From contig OZ024742.1 of the NCBI GenBank assembly GCA_964016885.1, positions 191,146,001 through 191,210,000 on the forward strand: DNA of 64,000 bases. Direction: 5' to 3'. Below are positions 15,976-29,281 of this stretch, in pieces (position 1 is the first letter of the stretch; every line of letters starts with the position of its first letter). Below the pieces are notes generated by a model. That model was not told the origin of the DNA, did no database searches, and worked only from the letters and a program-made list of their open reading frames with translations. This DNA comes from Eledone cirrhosa (Eukaryota). The translations under genes were made by a program, and so were the position numbers.

Positions 15976-16284
15976 TCGCACATATACACCCACTGATATA
16001 TTATTATATTCATCTAATATTATATTCATCTTAGCTGTTGCTACCGCCCATCACTACACAGATTCGCAGCTTTGCATTTACAAGGATTATTGTTGTGTTG
16101 AATCAAAGCGTGCATTCATACACGTTTCCGTTTATTATTGGCGAACGCGCGAATGTGTACTCAATAAATCTGCAGATATTAATATATAAAACTACCAAGA
16201 TTAGTGACACACAGAAAACCTGGTATATATGATTGAGGGATAGAGGTGATACTTTTCTCTCTCACTCTCCACACACACATACTC

Positions 16285-16321
<37 letters not shown>

Positions 16322-16509
16322 AGAGAAAAGATAATCAGGGTTGCAACGAAAGGAAATTATTGGAATTGTACAATTGTTTCTCGGGCGACCAGCTCGAGGC
16401 ACGATCGAAGTGGTGATCAAACCTGACTCTGAAATCATACTGATATCATTCTCTGCTCTATGACGGCATCGAGTGCTCATACGGACGCTTTAAGCATCCA
16501 ACACCGATT

Positions 16510-16576
<67 letters not shown>

Positions 16577-16577
<1 letters not shown>

Positions 16578-16935
16578 TAGAAAGTGATGTTTTTTTTACA
16601 AAATGAAAAATAACCGAGGTGTCCTACACGAGTGAAAGTATAAAGAAATAGAGATGAAATCGAAAATGCAACTGGAGTCTTATTTTTTTTTAAATATATA
16701 TATTTATTTGGTTCCTTTACCGGTTTCGCAGTTCTTCTGCTTTTCAAAAGGTGAGTTGAGATGGAGGGTCTGTGGTTTTTCTCACATCTGATGTGAGAAA
16801 AACCACAGACCCTCCGTCTCAACCCCCCTTTTGAAAAGCAGAAGAACTGCGAAACCGGTAAAGGAACCAAATAAATATATATATTTAAAAAAAAATAAGA
16901 CTCCAGTTGCATTTTCGATTTCATCTCTTTTTCTT

Positions 16936-16937
<2 letters not shown>
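16577..16937. mobile_element. Fold-back element F (family C in opposite orientation, centre 16789)
   Basis: Same arms, same fold point, same TTGAAAA HHR (about 16827-16864). Confidence 0.9.
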
Positions 16938-17014
<77 letters not shown>

Positions 17015-17366
17015 CAGCTTATAACCCTTTGTTTGTTGAAAAAAGAAGTGACATAGTCACTACTTTAAAATAAGAGCGCAAGGTCTTCAAAATGTTTTTA
17101 ATTAAGCATACAGTATATTACCAAATACACTATATATACATTCATGTATACATCGGTATTTCAGTGCACCAATTCTAATTTTCAATTTTTGCTGGACCGG
17201 CTCTGTATAATCAGTTCCTGATTATTACTAGAATTCTATAAGAATCCCACATCTATAATTTACAACAGGCAAAGGCGAGTGCTTGAGCTCCGACGATTAT
17301 CAACAGTATGATACAGATATGTCATCTTATCTCCCTTTGTTTGTTTAAAAAATATTGCCAATGTAC

Positions 17367-18649
<1,283 letters not shown>

Positions 18650-18651
<2 letters not shown>

Positions 18652-19716
18652 AGGGGGTGTAACTTGGAGTTACCTCAGGTTCACCCGGGAGAGCACTCGA
18701 TGTTTAGATTCACTTCTGTGTTGAGGTGTAGAGCTATACAGAGTGTAATATATTGAAAGGATAACAAGGACGATTGATTACTCCTTCATTGCATTTATTG
18801 GTAGGTGACGCGCGTTTCGCCACTCATCAGTTCAAGGTTCGATCTGTAACAATCCTACCCGACTCAATAATCGGCGGCTCGACGGACCCTTTTAAATGCT
18901 ATAAGAAAATGAAATACATGCTATGTGGTAAAGTCAGAATTTCAAGAGTTTGACAATATGAGTTGTTTTGATTGGTGGTAAGGATCAAAGGGATGTACTG
19001 GCCTGTAGTGTATGTTGGAGGGGATGTGATGATGAGATGTTGATGACGGTCGCTGGCTGGTATGGGCTGTGGTGTGGTGGTGGTGCGTTGGCTTTGGCCT
19101 GTAGTGTATGTGGGGGTGGATGTGATGATAAGATGTTGGTGACGGTCGCTTACTGGGATGGACTGTGGTGTGAGGTTAGGGGGTTGTTGGTAGATGGGTT
19201 GGCGTGTGTTGGGTGTGGTTGTGGTGTTGTTGTTTAGGGTAGTCGCATTTGTGGTGGTGTGGTGGTGGTGTTGGTGGTGTCGAGTCCTGGGGGAGATACA
19301 TACCTAGACACTCTTAGTCTGACAATATATATGTATACATGCGCATATATACTGATATGCGACCGTCACCACCATCTTATCATCACATCCACCCCTACGT
19401 ACACTACAGGCCAAGCCATCCCCCACCACCACACCACAGCCCATCGCAGCCAGCGACCGTCACCAACATCTCATGATCACATACACCCCCACATACACTA
19501 CAGGCCAGTACATCCCCTTGATCCTTCCCACCAATCAAAACAACTCATATTGTCAAACTCTTAAAATTCTGTCTTTACCACAGCATGTATTTCCTTTTCT
19601 TATAGCATTTTAAAGGGTCCGTCGAGCCGCCGTTTATTGAGTCGGGTAGGATCGATACAGATAGAACCTTGAGCTGATCAGTGGCGAAACGCGCGTCACC
19701 TACCAATAAATGCAAT
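18650..19716. mobile_element. Fold-back element H (diverged arms at about 18789-19150 and 19360-19716, tail 18650-18788)
   Basis: Inverted repeat with internal GT-rich subrepeats; HHR-like motif in both arms. Confidence 0.8.
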
Positions 19717-20112
19717 ATATATATATGTGCTTGTTTGTATATATATATATACATACTACTGTACGTCTGTATACATATATGTAGATTGAAACTAGTACAT
19801 CGTTCCTTTGTCAGTGTTGAACAAAAGGACAACGATGGTTGCTAAACACTGTACGGCTTAATTGTTTACAAACACACCGAGCATTATAATAAATGGTCGG
19901 TAAATCCATACGTACATATATATATGTGTGCATGTCTGTATACATATACATACTAGTGTACGTCTGTATACATATATGTACGTACGTATACATACTTATA
20001 TATATATATATATATATATATCAATAGTATATATTGAGTTAGAAACTCAGAATAGACCTTTACCATTAAATTAGCCCAAGGAAAACATTTTCCGAGCCTT
20101 ATAACATAATTA

Positions 20113-20698
20113 AATATAATAAAGAATGATAAACACAGATATATACATATATGTGTTCAACTCATAAAGGACCTAATTCGCTGAATAAGATACCCACTAT
20201 GAATAACAGGGTTTGCCAGACTGAATTAAAAGAATAAATTAAGAAATGGTACCGAATCGTGATAACTATCAAAAATCCAGACAGTCTTTTGTAAAACTGT
20301 TTCGCATCTAGTGAACGGAATTACCAATTCGATTGCCCTTCAGTGAATGTACGAATTAGTAAATCTTTCACTTCTAGGTTTCTTAGAAGACTAAATGAGG
20401 TGCGTGTTTAGAATAACACACATGGCATTCAGTGTCTATCGTGTCTCGTAAAACGGGTGCTACTAAAAATAGCAGCCACGTTTACTCGACACTTAACAAG
20501 ATCTACAAAATTCCAGGAGCCGAATTTATCAAAAGTATATATCGAGTTAGAAACTATTTCTTAATTTATTCTTTTAAGTGAGTCTGGCAAACCATATTGT
20601 TCATAGTTAGTATCTTTTTAATCCTAGCGATTTATGTCCCTTATGATTTGAATATATATATGTATATATATATCTGTGTTTATCTCTCTTTATTATAT
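20113..20698. repeat. Old, diverged inverted-repeat element (arms about 20113-20260 and 20550-20698)
   Basis: For example GGTTTGCCAGACT..TTAAAAGAATAAATTAAGAAAT versus ATTTCTTAATTTATTCTTTTAA..AGTCTGGCAAACC. Confidence 0.7.
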
Positions 20699-21087
20699 CA
20701 AACTAGCAGAAAAAACCACCCTTCCGGTGGTTTTCTGCTAGCATGTGTAGTGTGTATATTGATATTATACGCAAGCAGATATGATCAAATAAAATCGTAA
20801 TTGACAATATACACAGAAATTGAACGAAGACTGTGTTACACTGTGTTTTTTATCAGTAACGTGATCTATGGTACATTAAAAAGAGACGATATTATATATA
20901 CACTGCATTAGAAGAAAATTAGTGACAGAAATATATGAATATTCATTTAAACTATCGCTAACCGGAAGTGTTGATATTTGAAAATTTTAAAGAAGTGAAT
21001 CTTTAAATAAGTAATAAAATATATTTAATGAACAGCCACGAAATTTGGTACATAAATTATATAATATTCATTCATTATGATTTCAAA

Positions 21088-21280
21088 GGGTGGTGGATTG
21101 GTAGTATCGGTAGAGGGTCGGACGCCATGCTTTGCAGCAATGTGTTATGGCCTTTTATGGTCTGAGTTCAAATCCCGCCGAGGTTAACTTTGCCTTTCAT
21201 CCTTACAGGGTCGATAAAATAAAAGTACCAGTAATACACTGGGTAATTGCTGGCCTTGTGCCAAAAGTAGAAACGATTAT
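21088..21280 (+). mobile_element. tRNA-derived SINE copy
   Basis: Full-length match to the family. Confidence 0.85.
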
Positions 21281-21380
21281 TTATTCAAAGTAATCCAACT
21301 TATTTTACTAAGGGGATAACAATTATAAACCGTACGCAGTCCCGCGCTTCTTGCTTAATTATAGTTTAGATAGTATATAT

Positions 21381-21549
21381 ATAGGAAAAGAGACAGCTAT
21401 ATCCGAACTAAGCCAGCAGTTCGGATCTAGCTGTCGAAAAGGCTGGAACTCATCCGTCGGGGTCCTGCCTCTTTTTCTATTACCCACTCTACCAAGTATC
21501 GAGTACGCTGTGCGTTATGGTCCACCTGGTATCTTACCACACCTTCTAC

Positions 21550-21550
<1 letters not shown>
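21381..21550 (+). mobile_element. Diverged 3' end (HHR 3' half plus tail) of the 44866-48712 PLE family
   Basis: GTCGAAAAGGCTGGAACTCATCCGTCGGGGT...TATTACCCACTCTAC...GTGCGTTATGGTCCACCTGGT; shorter pieces at 9521-9575 and 38350-38411. Confidence 0.75.
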
Positions 21551-21589
<39 letters not shown>

Positions 21590-21667
21590 ACCTATTTATC
21601 AAAACAGGGTTCTGAGGTGGCAGCACCAATAGTCCACCCTGGGAATATCACGAAATGGAAACAGCAT

Positions 21668-21985
21668 GAGTACGTCCCTTTACGATCTGAGTTCAAATCC
21701 CGCCGAGGTTGACTTTGCCTTTCATCCTTACGGGATCGATAAAATAAAGTACCAGTAATGCACTGGGTAATTGCTGGCCTTGTGCCTAAAGTAGAAACAA
21801 TTATATTGGCAGTATCGGTAGAAAGTCGGACGCCATGCTTTCCAGAATAGTTACGTCCCTTTACGGTCTGAGTTCAAATCCCGCCGAGTTTAGCTTTGCC
21901 TTTCATCCTTACGGGGTCGATAAAATAAAGTACCAGTAATGCACTGGGTAATTGGTGGCCTTGTGCCTAAAGTAGAAACAATTAT
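21668..21985 (+). mobile_element. Two tandem SINE copies (first is 5'-truncated)
   Basis: Family motifs; additional partial copies at 22248-22358 (-), 28443-28535 (-) and 61889-61930 (+). Confidence 0.85.
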
Positions 21986-22165
21986 ATTTTTGTTCATGTA
22001 ATAGCTGTCTGATGAGGTCGTAACTGTTATGAAGCAATCACAATCGAAATACGTTGAACAGCGATTATGTTATGAAGGAAATGAGGTAAAATCTAAACCA
22101 CTGGCGTCTAATTCTTTGTCTTTTCGATCTATATTTCTCTCTCCCTATTCATGTATATGTGGGTG

Positions 22166-22229
<64 letters not shown>

Positions 22230-23560
22230 TGTGTGTATGTGTGTGTAAAGATGAAAGGCAAAGTTAACCTGCGCGGGAATTAACTTAGATCATAGAGGGC
22301 CGGAACTCTATGCTGCAAAGCATGGCGTCCGACCCTCTACCGATACTGCCAATCTACCGTCCTTAGTGTTTGTAAAGATAATGCAGATGGTTGAGGGTAT
22401 AAGGCTACTGCTGCTGCTGGTCGTGTAAATCTTATTGATGTTGACGAATATGGTGATGTTGATGCTGTAGATGAGAGGAATAGGAGTGGATGAGGATGAG
22501 TTGTATAGAGATGGTGGATGCTGCTATCGATTATGATGACGATGAGTAAAGAAATGGTGTAGTAAGAAATTAATTTCAACTATTTCTTTTACTACATCAA
22601 TCATATGCTTCCGATTTAATATCAATAACAATCTCATTTACTTAATACAGTTTCATTATGATCCCAGCCAAAGGACAGATATTTCTTTACGCCTTCTCAG
22701 GTTCTCTTGCAATATCGTCCTTCTATATATGGAAGAGTTTCATGCATATATATTATTACTTGCTCTCCGGTGATATTTACTCATGCAAATGAGAATCTCC
22801 AGGAGATGTTTCATACGAAAAGAAGCAAATAAGCTATCATTTTATACTTGTCTTAGTACCGGGTGAATAAATGTCACACAATTCTCTCAGGGCTAGAGAG
22901 ATAGATGTGACGTTACATAGCTTAATATATTCGTTACGATACTGTCTAGTAGTATTGTCCTTGGCCCTAGTGCCACGTCCCTGCGCACCTCCATCATCAC
23001 AGTGTCGGCTAACCGATCTGGGATGGCTCTTCCAGTGCGTTTCACTGACCATCCTCCAGATAAACGCCTTCTCTATTCTGGCCACCGAGACTATTGGCTG
23101 GCGAGCGTGTGGGACCCCATTTGCTCATAATAGGGATAATTGGGGAGAGCGGAAGAGACAGGGGCGATGAAGGTTGGTGTTTGGTTCCTTTGTGTTCGGA
23201 CCTGGTATATACATGGACACACCCTCCCACTGAGGCAATCATTTTATATTAGATATAAACTTATTTTATATGGTTTAATATACACATCTAATTTGAACCG
23301 AACTACGTTAGTTCTACTGCTAATTGTACCTAGACTTTCAATTTGTACTGTAGGGAATTGAAGGTCGACAAACAATGTCACATACACAAAACGAAATATA
23401 AGATATAACTTAATATTTTTTCAGTAGTGAATAAAGAAATGTCACTGATGAAGGATACAACTCCATAAACGTGCTTGACACAGCTACTAATATAGGTTTG
23501 ACATGACCAAAACGTAAAATATTCATAGCAAAATTCTTGTATGGCATCATACATACATCA

Positions 23561-23749
23561 ATAATTGTTTCTACCTTTGGTACAAGGCCAGCAATTACCC
23601 AGTGCATTACTGGTACTTTATTTTATCGACCCCGTAAGGATGAAAGGCAAAGTCAACCTCGGCGGGATTTGAACTCAGATCGTAAAAGGACATAACTATG
23701 CTGGAAAGCATGGCGTCCGACCCTCTACCGATACTGCTAATCCACCGCC
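23561..23749 (-). mobile_element. tRNA-derived SINE copy with TSD
   Basis: Full copy; ATACATCAATAAT at 23553-23565 and 23754-23766. Confidence 0.85.
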
Positions 23750-23973
23750 ATATATACATCAATAATGAACTACGATATTTAATGCTACTGCTAATACACA
23801 TACACACACACAGATATTCTATATATACATACATACATATGTGTGTGTATATAAAATATAACATGTGTGTATGTGTTAGCAGTACCACTAACATAACGTA
23901 CTTCATATATAATATATATATATAGATAGATAGATAGATAGATAGATACATAGATAGATACATAGATAGATTA

Positions 23974-24076
<103 letters not shown>

Positions 24077-24161
24077 TAAACCCGTTGTAACAAATCAGGT
24101 TCTCTCATCTCCAGCAGTTATCTGCCAACGGCCAATTTCGCTAAGGTAATTGTTTCTTATA

Positions 24162-24254
<93 letters not shown>

Positions 24255-24524
24255 TTCAATTTTCTCTTTTCCTTCAGTTACACAATATGTTAAATGTTGT
24301 GTGTTCATCGCCATCAGATAATGTTATTGATATTTTTTGTTGTAGAGGAATTATCGAACCATAGATTGTAACAACCGACAGACAGTGGGCGCGACTGCAA
24401 GCCTGACATAAGATCGGATATGGATGGTTAACAGTCGGTCTGATAACAGCATGTTGCTGATGGTGATGGTGATAGCATTGATGGTGACGAGGAGGGTGAT
24501 GGAAAATGGACAATATATCATAAA

Positions 24525-27500
24525 TGGGGGTGCTGGTGTTCGTTCTGCTGTTGGTGTTGGTGTTAGTTGTGGTGTCGGTGGAGATGTTTGTTGTGGTGTT
24601 GTTGGTGATGTTTGTTATGGTGCTGGTGGTGATATTTGTTGTGGTGTTTGTGGTGATATTTGTTGTGGTGTTGTTGGTTATGTTCGTTGTGGTGTTGTTG
24701 TTGATGTTTGTTGTGGTGTTGTTGGTGATGTTAGTTCTGCTGTTGGTTGTGATATTTGTTGTGGTGTTGGTGGTGATGTTAGTTGTGGAGTTGGTGGTGT
24801 TAGTTGTGGAGTTGGTGGTGATATTTGTTGTGGTGTTCGTGGTGATATTTGTTGTTGTGGTGGTGGTGATGTTTGTTGTGGAGTTGGTGGTGATGTTTGT
24901 TCTGGTGGTGGTGATGTTTGTTGTGTTGTTGGTGGTGAAGTTTGTTGTGGAGTTGGTGGTGATGTTTGTTGTGGTGGTGGTGTTGTTTGTTGTGGTGTTG
25001 CTGTTGTGGTTTGTTGTGGTGTTGGTGGTAATGTTCGTTGTGGAGTTGGTGCTGTTATTTGTGGTGTTGGTGGTGATGTTTGTTGTGGTGTTGGTGGTGT
25101 TAGTTGTGGTGTTGGTGGTGATGTTTGTTGTGGAGTTGGTGGTGTGTTAGTTGTGGTGTTGGTGGTGTTAGTTGTGGTGTTGGTGGTGATGTTTGTTGTG
25201 GTGTTGTTGGTGATGTTTGTTGTGGAGTTGGTGGTGATATTTGTTGGGGTTGTTGTGTTGTTTGTTGTGGTGTTGGTGGTGTTAGTTGTGATCTTGATGG
25301 TGATGCTGTTGTGGTTTTGATCATGTATGTTGTAGTGTTGGTGATGTTTGTTGTGGTGTTGGTGGTGATATTTGTTGTGGTGTAGGTTATGTTTGTTGTG
25401 GCGTTGATGGTGTTAGTTCTGGTGTTGGTGCCAATGTTAGTTCTGGTGTTGATGGTGATGTTTGTTGTGGTGTTGTTGGTAATGTTTGTTGTGGTGTTGG
25501 TGGTGGTGTTAGTTGTGGTGTTTGTGATGTTTGTTGTGTCGTTGGTGATGTTTGTTGTGGTGTTGGTAGTGATGGTATTGTGGTCTTGGTGGCAGCGTTA
25601 GTTATGGTATTGATGGTGATGTTAGTTGTGGTGTTGGTGGTGATGTTTGTTGTGGTGTTGGTGCTGATGTTAGTTGTGGTGTTGGTGGTGATGTTTGTTG
25701 TGGTGTTGGTGGTGTTAGTTGTGATGTTGGTGGTGATGCTGTTGTGGTTTTGGTCATGCTTATTGTGGTGTTGGTGATGTTTGTTGTGGTTTTGGTCATG
25801 CTTATTGTGGTGTTGGTGATGTTTGTTGTGGTGTTGGTGATGTTTGTTGTGGTGTTGGTAGTGATGGTGTTGTGGTGTTGGTGGCAACGTTTGTTCTGGT
25901 GTTGGTGGTAATGTTAGTTTCGGTGTTGGTGGTGATCTTTGCTGTGGTGTTGGTGGTGGTGTTAGTTGTGGTGTTGGTTGTAATGTTTGTTTTGGTGTTG
26001 GTGGTGATGTTTGTTGTGGTGTTCGTGGTGATGTTTGTTCTGGTGTTGTTTGTGATGTTTGTTGTGGTGTTGGTGGTGATGTTTCTTGTGGTGTTGGTTG
26101 TGATGTTCTTTGTGGTGTTGGTTGTGATGTTTATTGTGGTGTTGTTTGTGATGTTACTTGTGGTGTCGGTGGTGATGTGTGTTGTGGTGTTGGCGTTGTT
26201 CGTTGTGGTGTTGGTGGTGTTAATTGTGATGTTGGTGGTGATGCTGTTGTGGCGTTGGTGGTGATGTTGGTGGTTATGTTTGTTGTGGTGTTGGTGGTGA
26301 TGTTCGTTGTGGTGTTGTTGGTAATGTTCGTTGTAGTGTGTTTGGTGATGTTTGTTGTGGTGTTGTTGGTGATGCTGGTTGTGCAGTTGGTGGTGATGTT
26401 AGTTCTGCTGTTGGTGGTTATATTTGTTGTGGTGTTGGTGGTGATGTTAGTGGTGGTGTTGGTGGTGATGTTTGTTGGGGTGGTGGTGGTGTTAGTTGTG
26501 ATGTTGTTGGTGATGCTGTTTTGTTTTTGGTCATGTTTGTTGTAGTGTTGGTGCTGTTTGTTGTGGTGTTGGTGCTGATATATGTTGTGGTGTTGGTGGT
26601 GAAGCTGTTGTGTTGTTGGTGGCAATGTTAGTTGTGGTGTTGATGGTGATGTTAGTTGTGGTGTTGTTGGTAATGTTTGCTGTGATGGTGGTGATGATGT
26701 TTGTTGTTTTGTTGGTGGTGATGTTGGTGGTGGTGTTAGTTGTGATGTTGGTAGTGGTGTTAATTGTGGTGTCGGTGATGTATGTTGTGTCGTTGGTGAT
26801 GTTTGTTGTGGTGTTGGTAGTGATGGTTTTGTGGTGTTGGTGGTGATCTTTGTTGTGCTGTTGATGGTGATGTTAGTTGTGATGTTGGTAGTGATGTTAG
26901 TTGTGATGTTGGTGGTGATGCTGTTGTGGTTTTTGTCATGTTTGTTGTGGTGTTGGTGATGTTAGTTGTGGTGTTGGTTGTAATGTTTGTTGAGGTGTTG
27001 GTGGTGATGTTAGTTGTGGTGTTGGTGGTGATGTTTGTTGTGGTGTTGGTGGTAATGTTTGTTGTGGTGTTGGTGGTGATTTTTGTTCTGGTGCTGTTGG
27101 TGATGTTTGTTGTGGTGTTGTTTGTGATGTTTGTTGTGGTGTTGGTGGTGATGTTTGTTGTGGTGTCGGTGGTGATGTTTGTTGTGGTGTTGGTGATGTT
27201 TGTTGTGGTGTTGGTGATGTTTGTTGTGGTGTTGGTGATATTTGTTGTGGTGTTGGTGATGTTTGTTGTGGTGTTGGTGATGTTTGTTGTGTCCTTGGTG
27301 ATGTTAGTTATGGTGTTGTTGGTGATGTTTGTTGTGGTGTTGGTGGCGATGTTTGTTGTGGTGTTGGTGATGTTTGTTGTGGTGTTGGTTGTGTTAGTTG
27401 TGATGTTGGTGGTGATGATGTTGTGGTGTTGGTGATGTTTGTTGTTGTGTTGCTGATGTTTGTTTTGGTGTTGGTGGTAGAGTTAGTTGTGGTGTAGGTG

Positions 27501-28050
27501 ATGTTTCTTGTGTTGTTGGTGATGTTTGTTCTGCTGTTGGTGGCGATGTTTGTTGTGTTGGTGGCGTTAGTTGTGATGTTGGTGGTGATGATGTTGTGGT
27601 GTTGGTGGCAACGTTAGTTGTTGTGTTGGTGCTGATGTTTGTTGTGATGTTGGGGGCGATATATGTTGTGGTGTTGGTGGTAATGTTTGTTGTGGTGTTG
27701 GTGGTGATGAAATTGAGGGTTTGGTGACAATGTTTGTTGTGGTGTTGATGGTTATGTTTGTTGTGGTGTTGGTGGTGTTGATAGTTGTGGTGTTGGTGTT
27801 GTTTGTTGTGTCCTTGGGGATGTTTGTTGTGGTGTTGGTGATGTTTGTTGTGGTGTTGGTGATGTTTGTTGTGGTGTAGGTGATGTTCGTTGTGGTGTTG
27901 GTGGTGATGTTTGTTGCGGTGTTGATGGTAATGTTTGTTGGGGTGTTGGTGGTAATATTTATTGTGGTGTTGGTGGTGATGTTTGTTGTGCTGTTGGTGA
28001 AGTTCATTGTGGTGTTGGTGATGGTGCATTGTGGTGTCGGTTGGTGTTGG
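24525..28050. repeat. Degenerate GT-rich minisatellite (about 21-24-nt unit GGTGGTGATGTTTGTTGTGGTGTT)
   Basis: Direct reading; the triplet-based unit gives many open low-complexity frames; looser continuation to about 28860. Confidence 0.9.
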
Positions 28051-29016
28051 TGGTGCCGTGAGTGAACTTCTACAGTGGTGGCCATAGTGGCTGGGATTGT
28101 TATAGTGATTATAGTGGTGAGGGTCATGGTGATATGTGTGACGTTGATAGTGGCGTGTTGGGGTGCGTGATCATGATACTATTCAGGCTGTGGTGATGAA
28201 GGAGAAGGTGGTAGTGGTAACGATTCTGGTAGTATTGACTGTAGTTGTGGTGCTGTGGTGGTGTAGTGAGTAGTGGGTAATGTTGTAGTGGTGTTGGTTT
28301 TATGTTAAGTGGTTGTGCTTGCGGTTAAGTTTCTATTGATGACGTTAGTGGTGGTTAAGGTTGTAGTAAAGTTGGTGGCGTTGTAAATGGTGGTAGTGGT
28401 GGTTAAAGTTGTAGTAGTGTTGGTGGCGTTGTAAATGGTAGTAATTGTTTTTACTTTAGGCACGAGGCCAGCAATTACCCAGTGCATTACTGGTACTTTA
28501 TTTTATCGACCCCGTAAGGCTGAAAGGCAAAGTTAGGTTGTAGTAGTGTTGATGGTGTGTTTGTTGGTGAAGGTGATGGCTAAGGTTTTAGTAGTGTTGG
28601 TGGCGTTGTAAATGGTTGTAGTGGTGGTTAAAGTTGTAGTAGTGTTGATGGTGCTGTAAATGATAGTAATGGTGGTTAGGTCATAGTAGTGTTGGTAGTG
28701 TGTTTGTTGGTGAAGGTGATGGCTAAGGTTTTAGTAGTGTCGGAGGTGTTGTAACTGACGGATAAAGTGGTTAAGGTTGTGTTACTGTCAGTGATAATGG
28801 TGGCGGCGATGTAATAGGTTCAGTCAGGGATATGGTGGTGGAGAATGTAGTGGTAAATTGATAAAGTACTTTCCTTTTCGTACCGGCCGAGTTATCAGCC
28901 AAGTATCTAATCAGACAAACAGCCACCTGCTTACAGTTTCAAACCAATGAGAAAGAATAATGGAAAAAATGAATATAAATAAAAATAATAAGCATAAACA
29001 AAGCTAAACAAAACAC

Positions 29017-29083
<67 letters not shown>

Positions 29084-29191
29084 ATAATAATAAATTTGAA
29101 GACTAAACTCCAAAGAGGGCTCGATATATATCAAATATATCAAATATATAAGAACCGTAGAACAAATAACTGCTTAAACATTAATCTGTTA

Positions 29192-29280
<89 letters not shown>

Positions 29281-29281
<1 letters not shown>

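Noticed and set aside
20291-20350. HHR on the minus strand (CTGAAGG gca...tgc GAAA CAGTT)
   Set aside because: Core position A9 is altered and no convincing stem I was found
22837-23242. Possible L1/Tx1-like LINE remnant or host exon
   Set aside because: GC-richer island with only a vague ..KAFIW.. similarity; no motif or splice structure can be supported
24525-28050. CRISPR array or telomeric repeat
   Set aside because: No unique spacers, no cas genes, eukaryotic context, and not TTAGGG-like
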